A stretch of DNA of 64,000 bases, from IMG/VR virus record IMGVR_UViG_3300027785_002095; one strand, written 5' to 3'. This document shows, piece by piece, positions 45,116-54,300 of this stretch; the first letter of the stretch is position 1, and every line of letters begins with the position of its first letter. The DNA comes from a virus. Below the pieces are notes generated by a model that saw only the letters and a list, made by a program, of their open reading frames with translations, was not told the origin of the DNA and did not search any database. Both the position numbers and the translations under genes were made by a program.

Positions 45116-47167
45116 GTGTTAAATTATAGTATGAAAAACTTTATTCCCGGTCCATTGAGTATTGCTTGGGTAGCAGTTACGGCTGTTATACTTGTGGCAT
45201 TAAAAATCTCTAACCCTGTGCCTGTTGAAAGCATTCAACTCAAAGGCTTTGATGCACTACTGTCAGTTGACACTCCTGTTGATTCTGATAGTGTTGTTAT
45301 AGTCGACATCGGCGAAGCCAGTATAGAACGCCAGGGACAGTGGCCGTGGCCTCGGCGAGACCTAGCTCGAGCAATTGAACAAATACAAGAACTGGGTGCT
45401 GCCGCAATTGTTGTTCCTGTTATTATGAGTGAAGCAGACCGTTTTGGCAGCGATCGAGATCTAGTTAAAGTACTTGGCCGCACCAACAGTGTTATTGCCC
45501 AAGCACCTACTACGCAAAACAAACGTCCTGACGCAGTTCGTCGTGGTGTTGCTGTTATAGGTGGTAATCCGTTAGAATGGGTGTACTCTTGGCCTGGCGC
45601 ACTAAGTCCTTACCGGCCATTGGCTAATGCAGCCGCTGGAGTAGGTACAACTGTTGTTGCTCCTGAAGTAGATGGTGTTGTTCGACGCATGCCACTTATT
45701 GTGGGCGTAGGCGAAGAAATTTATCCCAGCTTGCCATTAGAAGCACTTCGTGTTGTTACTGGACAACAAAGTTATCAAGTTAAAATGAGTTCAGCAGGAA
45801 TTGAAAAAGTTCGTATTGCTGGACAACCTGTTATCACCACAGACGAACGTGCCAGAATCTGGTTGCGTTGGAACAAGAACTTCACACGCTATGAACTATC
45901 TGAATTGGCCAATAAAAACGTAAATCTGCAGGGTAAAGTGGTAGTGTTAGGCTTGTCAGTAGAAGGCCTAGGTGGTATTATTGCTACACCGCGTGGTGAA
46001 GCCTGGGCACACGATATTCAAGCACAAACTGTACAAACATTGCTTGACGGTGATAGCCCTGTACGCCCTGCATTTGCCAATGCAATCGAATTGATAACAA
46101 TTGTGCTTATAGCGTTTCTACTAATTTTCGCGATGCCTAGATTGCCTTTTTGGGCAGTGGGCACAGCACTATTTGCAACCATTGGCAGTGTTGTGTGGGG
46201 TAGCTTTTTTGCGTGGAGCAACTATAGTCAACTATGGGACATTTACTCTTTAACGTTTGCAGCCATTGTACTGTATGGGCATGCACTATTTGCACGTTTC
46301 GTACAAGAGTTCAAGCAAAAGCAACAAATCAAGAAACAGTTTGGTACATACCTAAGCCCTGCACTGGTTGCTAAACTACAGAAGAATCCAGAGCTGTTAC
46401 AGCTAGGTGGCGACGAGCGCGAGTTAAGTATTATGTTCACTGACGTTCGTGGCTTTACTACAATCTCAGAACACTATGGTCGGGATGTACAAGGACTTAC
46501 CAAGATTATGAATCGTTACATGACTGCAATGACTCGCAAGATCATTGACAATAACGGCACATTAGACAAGTACATTGGTGATGCACAGATGGCATTTTGG
46601 AACGCACCAGTTGACGAAGCACGTCACGCACATATGGCTGTTAAGACAGCATTAGAAATGATGGAGAGTTTAGATGAATTTAATCGTGAAGTTACAGCAG
46701 AAGGTATACCAGCTTTTGGTATGGGTCTTGGGATTAATAGCGCAGTTGTTGTGGTCGGTAACATGGGATCTGATCAGCGTTTTGACTATACTTGTCTGGG
46801 CGATGGCGTCAATCTTGCGTCCCGCCTTGAGGGACAAAGTAAGCCTTATGGCGTTAGAATTGTACTGGGACAGCGAACTGCTGAATTGGTTCAGGACCAA
46901 TACCCGACGATAGAATTAGATTGCATTGCAGTTAAAGGTAAAACAGTTGGAGTAAGAATCTTTACATTAGGCACTACCAATATTACCCTGCATGACACAT
47001 ATTTGCAAGCATACTACCGTGGCGATTGGACTCGTGCTATTCGTCAATGTGAAAAGTTAATTGGTTTAGATAACGAACTAAAGCAGTATTACGAAAATAT
47101 GCTGGAACGTATGCGTGAAGGCTTGCCAGCTAATTGGGACGGCACATATAGAGCAACAAGTAAGTAA
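45116..47167 (+). CDS. CHASE2-sensor class III adenylate/guanylate cyclase
   Basis: N-terminal TM + extracytoplasmic CHASE2-like region (GQWPWPR), later TMs, cyclase core FTDVRGFTT...DKYIGDAQMAFWNAP...GINSAVVVVGNMGS...YTCLGDGVNLASRLEG. Confidence 0.75.
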   Translation: MLNYSMKNFIPGPLSIAWVAVTAVILVALKISNPVPVESIQLKGFDALLSVDTPVDSDSVVIVDIGEASIERQGQWPWPRRDLARAIEQIQELGAAAIVVPVIMSEADRFGSDRDLVKVLGRTNSVIAQAPTTQNKRPDAVRRGVAVIGGNPLEWVYSWPGALSPYRPLANAAAGVGTTVVAPEVDGVVRRMPLIVGVGEEIYPSLPLEALRVVTGQQSYQVKMSSAGIEKVRIAGQPVITTDERARIWLRWNKNFTRYELSELANKNVNLQGKVVVLGLSVEGLGGIIATPRGEAWAHDIQAQTVQTLLDGDSPVRPAFANAIELITIVLIAFLLIFAMPRLPFWAVGTALFATIGSVVWGSFFAWSNYSQLWDIYSLTFAAIVLYGHALFARFVQEFKQKQQIKKQFGTYLSPALVAKLQKNPELLQLGGDERELSIMFTDVRGFTTISEHYGRDVQGLTKIMNRYMTAMTRKIIDNNGTLDKYIGDAQMAFWNAPVDEARHAHMAVKTALEMMESLDEFNREVTAEGIPAFGMGLGINSAVVVVGNMGSDQRFDYTCLGDGVNLASRLEGQSKPYGVRIVLGQRTAELVQDQYPTIELDCIAVKGKTVGVRIFTLGTTNITLHDTYLQAYYRGDWTRAIRQCEKLIGLDNELKQYYENMLERMREGLPANWDGTYRATSK

Positions 47168-47171
47168 ATAC

Positions 47172-47879
47172 ATGATGATGCAATCCAATTACTTCTTTCC
47201 TTTAAACTTAAAAATTGATTCAGATGAAAAGCTCGACTTTACAAATACTGTATTACATGACCTTATTGAACAGTTTACAACATCTAATTCAGATCTAACT
47301 CACATTGGATCTAATTTAGCAATGCAATTTGCTCGCACCATTGACAATGTTAACGCAGTACTACATCCAATTGGGCTTATGGTTTACAAACCCACTATGT
47401 TTATGAGCAGCGGTAACATTATTGGCAAAAATATTCACTGTGATGGCATGATCGATCATGCAGGCAATATTGGAATGTTAGAAGCAAGAATTAACTTATA
47501 TGAAATGTCATTGGGACAAAATTCTATCGAATGGTGGGATCAGTTACCTAATACTATTCCAGTTGACGACGGAAATGCGCCTTGGTGGAAAACCCCCAGA
47601 CTGCTTAAAAATCAGGCAAGCGCACACCCGTTTGTTATTTGTTTGCCACCATTTAGACGCGACTTACGAAGCGGAAAAATAACTTGGGATCAAATTCCAA
47701 CTCCAAATTTTAGCATTGCTATATCAAGTCCAAGTGCTGTGGTACGTACCAATCTGCCACACCACATTATTCAACAAGACGGGGTGCGTGTTACATTAAG
47801 TTTGAGTATTGCATTCCAATCTGGTGAATTAAACGGTGTATGGCAACATATTCAAAACAATATCAATCAACTACAATGA
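47172..47879 (+). CDS. 2OG-Fe(II) oxygenase-like protein, tandem paralog 1
   Basis: IHCDGMIDH (H-x-D), HHIIQ, RVTLSLS (R-x-S); track ORF starts at 47115. Confidence 0.4.
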   Translation: MMMQSNYFFPLNLKIDSDEKLDFTNTVLHDLIEQFTTSNSDLTHIGSNLAMQFARTIDNVNAVLHPIGLMVYKPTMFMSSGNIIGKNIHCDGMIDHAGNIGMLEARINLYEMSLGQNSIEWWDQLPNTIPVDDGNAPWWKTPRLLKNQASAHPFVICLPPFRRDLRSGKITWDQIPTPNFSIAISSPSAVVRTNLPHHIIQQDGVRVTLSLSIAFQSGELNGVWQHIQNNINQLQ

Positions 47880-48586
47880 CACAACAATTAGACTTTGACT
47901 TTTCACAAAAGCCGGCCCGCGATCCAGGTTACTTTTTTCCATTGACTCTACGTTTAGATCCTGTAGAGAAGGCGAACTTTATTAAAACAGCATTAGTACC
48001 GCACAGAGACAAAATAGAAGGTGCAGGATACGGATTATCGAATGTTGGCAACGCCGATCAGAGTTTCCCTGTTACTATTGCCAACACAAATGAGTTCTTA
48101 AAACCGCTTGGACTTAAAACAAGACGAATGACATTATTTTTAAGTGCCAAGAGTCAGACCAGTTGGGTAATACATTGCGATGGAGTCCGCGCACCTTCGG
48201 GTCCTGCTATGCTTGAAGCACGATTGAGTTATTACGAGCTGGCTGAAGAACCCGGAGCAATACGTTGGTGGAACTATTTGCCAAATAAAGGCATTGCTAT
48301 TTTTCCGGCAAACGAACAATTGGGTACACAAGAGAGAATCAGTTGCTTTGCCGATTGTGCTGAACAACTCAAAGACGATAAACTAAATTGGGCAGATATA
48401 CCGGCCCCAGATTTCAGTGTAGTATCGTCTGCGCCAAGTGCAATTTTACGCACCAATCGATTCCATCATGTAATACAAGGTCCGGGATTGAGAGTAACAG
48501 TTAGTTGTCAATTAGTATTTCCCGACGGCAGTCCAGAAGGTGTATGGGAACACATACAAAACAATATTCATAAATTAGGAGTTTAA
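47876..48586 (+). CDS. 2OG-Fe(II) oxygenase-like protein, tandem paralog 2
   Basis: YFFPLTLRLD/ HCDGV/ MLEARLSYYEL/ LRTNRFHHVIQGPGLRVTVS/ VWEHIQNNI parallel the upstream paralog; ATGA overlap at MTQQLDF. Confidence 0.4.
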   Translation: MTQQLDFDFSQKPARDPGYFFPLTLRLDPVEKANFIKTALVPHRDKIEGAGYGLSNVGNADQSFPVTIANTNEFLKPLGLKTRRMTLFLSAKSQTSWVIHCDGVRAPSGPAMLEARLSYYELAEEPGAIRWWNYLPNKGIAIFPANEQLGTQERISCFADCAEQLKDDKLNWADIPAPDFSVVSSAPSAILRTNRFHHVIQGPGLRVTVSCQLVFPDGSPEGVWEHIQNNIHKLGV

Positions 48587-48587
48587 C

Positions 48588-48971
48588 GTGTTATATTTTG
48601 CATATGGTATGAATACCAACAACAATGCTATGTCTAAGACAAGCAAAAGATTAGGACCAGCAGTACTATTAGACTACAAGTGGGAAATGTTACAGTTTGC
48701 CAATGTATTTGAAACGCCAGGTGTTACAGCAATTGGCATATTATGGGAAATTGATGAAAATGAATTGCAAGACCTAGACATACGAGAAGGGTATCCAACA
48801 TTTTACAATCGCGTTATGTCGTCAGTAGAATACAATGGAGAACTAACACAGGCCTGGGTATATTATATGACACCGCACTATAGAACAAAGCTGACTGGTT
48901 GTAAGCCAAGTCAGCATTATTACGATTCAGTGGTTGAAGGGTACGCCCAAAACGGGATAGTTATTTCTTAA
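48588..48971 (+). CDS. gamma-glutamyl cyclotransferase-like (AIG2/GGCT fold)
   Basis: N-terminal LYFAYGMNTN resembles YxxYGSNM. Confidence 0.45.
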   Translation: MLYFAYGMNTNNNAMSKTSKRLGPAVLLDYKWEMLQFANVFETPGVTAIGILWEIDENELQDLDIREGYPTFYNRVMSSVEYNGELTQAWVYYMTPHYRTKLTGCKPSQHYYDSVVEGYAQNGIVIS

Positions 48972-49293
48972 CTGGCTTAGTATCAATGTTAACAGCGTCG
49001 CGGAACTTTTCATCAGCTTCGCGATCTACTTTTTGCTGTTCTACTACACGTTCACCATCAATAATCTTGCCGCGTAAGTGTAGTACAACATCAACCTTTT
49101 GATTTAATCGTATTAAATCGTTGTCTAACATACGCACACGATCAATCAGCGCAATAAGCGTATTACTAGCAGCACTTAGCACTGGCTTAATGTCCTGTGT
49201 TGCCCATTGCCATACGTAGAATATCAAGTATCCCATGCCGCCAGCAGCCACAATTGGGAAGCCGTATTTGTTAATTAAGTTCGCTAAATCCAT
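48961..49293 (-). CDS. BhlA/UviB-like holin-type membrane protein
   Basis: hydrophobic YGFPIVAAGGMGYLIFYVWQW then coiled-coil LIALIDRVRMLDNDLIRLNQKVDVVL; paralog of the 49695..49976 gene. Confidence 0.45.
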   Translation of the reverse strand: MDLANLINKYGFPIVAAGGMGYLIFYVWQWATQDIKPVLSAASNTLIALIDRVRMLDNDLIRLNQKVDVVLHLRGKIIDGERVVEQQKVDREADEKFRDAVNIDTKPVKK

Positions 49294-49504
49294 AATTTCT
49301 GTGCCCTGTTAATAAATCCTCATCTTCATAAACTGGCAAGCATACATGCCCCCAAGTCAATAAAAATACCGAGTGTGCTTCACCTTCGGGAATCCAAAAG
49401 CGTGTGCGATTCAGATGTGCTTCAAATTTAACTTTGTGTTCTTTAATCCAACGAATCACATTTATAAACTCTGGGTTCTGAGTCATTACACAATACTGTA
49501 TCAT
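49271..49504 (-). CDS. hypothetical protein (77 aa)
   Basis: translationally coupled within the minus-strand cassette. Confidence 0.4.
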   Translation of the reverse strand: MIQYCVMTQNPEFINVIRWIKEHKVKFEAHLNRTRFWIPEGEAHSVFLLTWGHVCLPVYEDEDLLTGHRNYGFSELN

Positions 49505-49695
49505 TTTTTAATATCTTCGCCAATGTCGCGGACCAGACTAGTAAGAGAATCTACTTTAACCAGCATCGCACAGCCATTTACATTGACAACTTTAAAGTAG
49601 TCGCCAGCCCGCCAGCCTAATCGATCAATGTTTAATTCTTTGTCTAGAATAATTCTGTCTGGGTACAAATCCCAGTCGTATTCATAGTGCTTCAT
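49501..49695 (-). CDS. AbrB/MazE-like swapped-hairpin domain protein
   Basis: RIILDKELNIDRLGWRAGDYFKVVNVNGCAMLVKVD. Confidence 0.35.
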   Translation of the reverse strand: MKHYEYDWDLYPDRIILDKELNIDRLGWRAGDYFKVVNVNGCAMLVKVDSLTSLVRDIGEDIKK

Positions 49696-49976
49696 TAATC
49701 GCGTCTCGCATCGTTTTTACCGTCTGCTCGCGCAATACGTGATACATCGGGCTTTAAACCTAATGCATTGCTAACAATGGTGTCGATTCGGATAACATCA
49801 TGGTTCATTGTTTTGACACGATTGTCTAATGCTTCAATGATATTCTTTAAGCCACTGACACTGGAAGTAACACCAGCTAGAATGAACTTCAGTGTCAAAA
49901 ACACAAAGTATCCAGCGGCAATAGCGGCTGCAATTGGGAAGCCTACTTCTGCTACTAACTTGAAAAACTCACCCAT
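49695..49976 (-). CDS. BhlA/UviB-like holin-type membrane protein
   Basis: VGFPIAAAIAAGYFVFLT then IIEALDNRVKTMNHDVIRIDTIVSNAL. Confidence 0.45.
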   Translation of the reverse strand: MGEFFKLVAEVGFPIAAAIAAGYFVFLTLKFILAGVTSSVSGLKNIIEALDNRVKTMNHDVIRIDTIVSNALGLKPDVSRIARADGKNDARRD

Positions 49977-50019
49977 CTTGGCAATCCTTTATCTATGCTG
50001 CTATTTATTAAAATAGATC

Positions 50020-50038
50020 AAAAACAGGACCTGTTTTT
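50020..50038. promoter_or_regulatory. perfect palindrome AAAAACAGG-A-CCTGTTTTT in the divergent region
   Basis: read directly; 50 nt upstream of ATG 50089; could act as bidirectional terminator or operator. Confidence 0.35.
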
Positions 50039-50088
50039 GAAACGGTAAATAGAGCGAAGGTTATTGTGCAAAAACAATAAATATATCT

Positions 50089-51396
50089 ATGAAACTACGT
50101 GAATTAATAATGATGGAGGATGGTGACGCCAGTGTAGCAACCACGTCTAGCGACATCGCTACTGTGGCTTATCCTCTATTTGTACGTGGTCGAAGCAATA
50201 AAGAAAAACGCAAGAACGCACGTGCCGCTGTAGGACAAAAGTACGTTCCGGGTCCTAATGGAATTGGTACTGGTGTATTTGAAGGCACCTTAAACGAATT
50301 TGCTCCTGGTGCCGGAGATGACGGCGGGGGCGAGGATCCATACAAGTATCCTAAGCCAGAGCATTTTAGTCGTAGTATAGATTTCTTTGGTCGATTCGAA
50401 GCAGATCATTTTGATCGTGAAGACATGGATGACGCCAAGGGCGAGTTCAAAGGCTATTGGGATAAAGATCAAATTGCCTATTTCAAATTTGATAACCCCA
50501 AGCGCACAGGCAGCGATGACCCGGGTATGGGCTGGTATTATGAGCCCGAATCAACTGGTAGTGCTAGTGCTACAGCCGCACCTGCTGTTGACACGTCTGC
50601 ACAACGCAAGCAGCAAGAACTAGGCATGATTCGTGCGTTTTTAAAATCTGGCAATCGACCAAATCCAGACAGTCAAATTGGTCGATTGATGAAAAAACAT
50701 GGAATGGCAGAAGCACATGTATTAGATAATCAAAATGTCATCTATCGTTTAGATCGTGAAAACCCAATGAGCGATACTGAAGTAGCAGTGTTGGGTGGTG
50801 CTGGCCGTTATAGCTTAAAAGCTCTACGTGACAAAGCTCGTCGCGAAGCCGCAGAGTTAGCACAAGATCTAAGTGTAGAACACGGTGGCGCATTCCGTCG
50901 CAGTGCCGACAACATTAAACAACTAACAAACACAATAAATACTATCGTGGCAGCATACAATGAGCTAGCAAGATTAAGACGCAAAGGCGGACGCGGCAGT
51001 CGAGGCATCACTGATGAAGATGCTAATTTTATTAGAGAATGTATTCGTGTCGTAGAGCAAGCCACACAGAATTATCGCTTGATGGAAGGTTTAGTAAAAG
51101 AACCAGACCCTAAGGGATACGCTAAAAATACATTGACTAACCCCAAGTACACAGTTGTAGTAAATACACCTGGAGACTTAGATTGGTACAAAATTGGCAC
51201 GTATTGGAATAATAAAGTAGTTGATCCGCATGAATTTGGGCAAGACGACAGTGACACTGTGCTGGTTGCACAGGGTGCAGAAGAATATAAAGAAATGTTA
51301 GACAAAATTAAACGAATGGGTCTGACATACAAGATAATTGGCGGCACGAGTGATCAGCCAGAAATTCACGAAAAGAATAAAAAGGGATACAAATGA
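50089..51396 (+). CDS. hypothetical protein with MKLRELIMME leader
   Basis: 435 aa, charged. Confidence 0.5.
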   Translation: MKLRELIMMEDGDASVATTSSDIATVAYPLFVRGRSNKEKRKNARAAVGQKYVPGPNGIGTGVFEGTLNEFAPGAGDDGGGEDPYKYPKPEHFSRSIDFFGRFEADHFDREDMDDAKGEFKGYWDKDQIAYFKFDNPKRTGSDDPGMGWYYEPESTGSASATAAPAVDTSAQRKQQELGMIRAFLKSGNRPNPDSQIGRLMKKHGMAEAHVLDNQNVIYRLDRENPMSDTEVAVLGGAGRYSLKALRDKARREAAELAQDLSVEHGGAFRRSADNIKQLTNTINTIVAAYNELARLRRKGGRGSRGITDEDANFIRECIRVVEQATQNYRLMEGLVKEPDPKGYAKNTLTNPKYTVVVNTPGDLDWYKIGTYWNNKVVDPHEFGQDDSDTVLVAQGAEEYKEMLDKIKRMGLTYKIIGGTSDQPEIHEKNKKGYK

Positions 51397-54300
51397 TTCG
51401 CATTAGATTAATCAATGAAGGTAAAGTTGTTAAACAAATTACCAGCCGCTTACACGAAGGAGTAGTACTTGAGCAAATTAAAAAGTACAATAGTCCTTAC
51501 GATACTGTTCAGATTATCGAAGGCGAACTAAGCGAAGATGCCAAAAGCATGTTGCAACATGTTGCCAAGAAAATTGTTCCGGCTGCATTGGCAGCAGGTA
51601 TGGCAATGAGTGGCGCGGGCTCTGCGCAAGCACAAGGCGGCGCCAACCCCAACTATCCAGGTTTAAATCATTCAGTTGGCCAGCACATGACAGATATTTT
51701 TAGTCCCAACTACAAAGAAAAGATGCGTCAACGTGAATATGGACGCAGTACAGAGCGTCAAGTTTGGAACGCCGAACAAGATCAATTACGCAAGCAACGA
51801 ATAGCAGATGCTCGTGCTCGTGCTGACGCTGGTCGTACCACAACTGGTGCTCAACATGTAGTGTATGATCAAAGCCGTATCAGTCAAGATGGCAAGTCAT
51901 ACATTATCTATGGCATGGACAACAAGGTTCGTCGTATTCCTGTGGCTGGAACCGAATTCATGGCAGCTGATAGCCAACGCCTGCCACACTATATCAGCAG
52001 CACTGGCAGCGTATTTTATGTACGTCACCCGCACGTTAAAGATGGCATTAGAGAGTCAGCTGGTACTAATCTACCACGTGCAACAATGACACGGGACAAA
52101 ACTACAGGTAATGCTTCTATTCAATTTGATGGTAAAACGTTTACTCCGTCGGCACCTTTCACTAAAGTACCAGCGGGAGTTACAGGTACACGAATACAAG
52201 TGCCAGCTGCCGCATTTGGTATTAGAAGCATGGGTGATGTTGCTGCCTTAATAAGTGCTGATGGTACAGTATATGCCGAGCAGCCAATAAAAATTGTTAC
52301 GTCAGGCATGAGCACAAAATCAGTAAAAGAATCTGCCGAGAACAAAGCAGAACATGATAAAGGTTATAGTGATGCTTCCCAAGGTAAATCTAAGAACCCA
52401 TATAACCCAGGTAGCCCAGCGGCTGCTGCTTACAATGCAGGACAACAATCATACAAGCGACATTTTAGCGAAGGTTATACAGTAACTCGCGGAATCGACA
52501 AAGAACGCTATCAAGAGCGCCCGGGCTTAGAAGGCCCATTCAGTACCAAGAGCGGTAAAGTTGTTTACTACGATAAAAAAGAAGGCAAGTATTATGATCC
52601 CGAAACTGACTTTTACATTGGCCACGAAGACTATGCCAAGATGGATGAAAGCGATCCAAATGCTACAGTTGGTACTATTCCAAGTTCTGGCACAGTTGGT
52701 ACTTCTGGTGGCATGAGTCAACGCACACAGTTTGCGCCAACAGGCAAAACAACTAACGCTAAGTTTAACAAGAGCGGCCAAATTGAATTAGACACTGATC
52801 CAGAAGCAGACGGTAGTGTTAACTTAGATGCCGATGCAGTAAAACAATTACAGCAAGCCGGAGTACAAATTAAAGAAGAAGACGGGCACAGTCCAGTGGC
52901 TTATGCTATCACTCGACGCATTATGACTCAGCGTGTGGACTTGCTTAAAGATTACGGGCCAGTATTGGTAGGTCAAGCCATTGACGAAGTTGCGGACTTT
53001 GTTGGTGACGTAGAAGAAATTGGTAGTAGCGATGTATCAGGTTGGGTAAAGCATGTTGAACAAATGTTGCAAAGCAATCCACCAGAAGCGTTCAATGAAG
53101 CCTGGTGGAACGGTTGGGACTCTGGTGACGCAAATTCCTGGGCAGACAATTACAAAACTGCGTACCCAGAAAAGATCAAGGCCATTGTTCAGGGCGGCGG
53201 CATTGGCCAGCAACGCACAAATAACGATGTTGCTACTGCACAACGAATCTTACTACAATACTGGAAAGAGCAAGGTGAAAATCTTACTCAAGCTCACATT
53301 GAAAAAGCAAAAGAACAAATTAAAGCTGATGTTGCTAAAGCGCAAGGATTAACTGAAGGTAGCGATACATTAGAAGGTATCCTAAGCAAGTACAGTGCAG
53401 ACTATGCCAAGTTTAAAGCTGGCGGCGACATTGATGAAAATCAAGACTTCTTTGATGCACTGTATGCTCACTATGCTGATTCAGGCGAAATGCCTTACGG
53501 TATACAAAAAGCTCGCGACGGTGACCCTTATGAGTGGATTACACAACGTTTAGATCAAGAAGCAGGAATGCAGCCAGTGATAGAAAATTTAGCCGAAGGT
53601 GCAGAACAAATGACTCCTAACTGGGCCAAGTATGTACTAGACCAAATTTACAACAGCAACGGTGCAGTTACTTTAACTGACCTGTTTGACGAAGGAATTC
53701 CGGGACTGCATGACATGTTTGTGGCCACTGCGCAGGAACATGGTCTTGACCCAGAAGAAGATTTTGAAGATGTTCAACATGAATTAACTGTGGAATTAGA
53801 AGATATTATCAAAGGCGGCCACGGCTTAGACGAAGCAGAAGAAGATGAAGCTACTCCCGGCGATCAAGCAGCCGCTGATCAAAATATCATAATGAAAATA
53901 CGCAAAGCCAGTGATAACAACAGACCAACTCGTATTGAATTGGCCGACGGTTCAGTATCAGTAATTGCGCCAAACATTGCAAAACAACTACTGGCCAAGT
54001 TTGACAAGATGAAACCAGACAGCAAAGCATTGTTGCAAAAGACATTGAATACTGAAGAAGGTTTCACAGAGATTTTAAATTACTTTGGTGGCGGTGTTCG
54101 CGAACAAGCAGCAAGTCGTGCGGCCCGCATCATGCAATCAGCAATGGTTGAAGCTGGTGTATTAGATGATGTGCGAGCAAGAATGGATGCAAGACGTAAT
54201 CCGCCTGCAAAGCCAGCAGCTACACCTACTACTCCGCTGCCTACTACACCGCGCCCTCCAGTTCCACCATATGAAGCACCTGTGGCGCAGGCTGAAGTTA

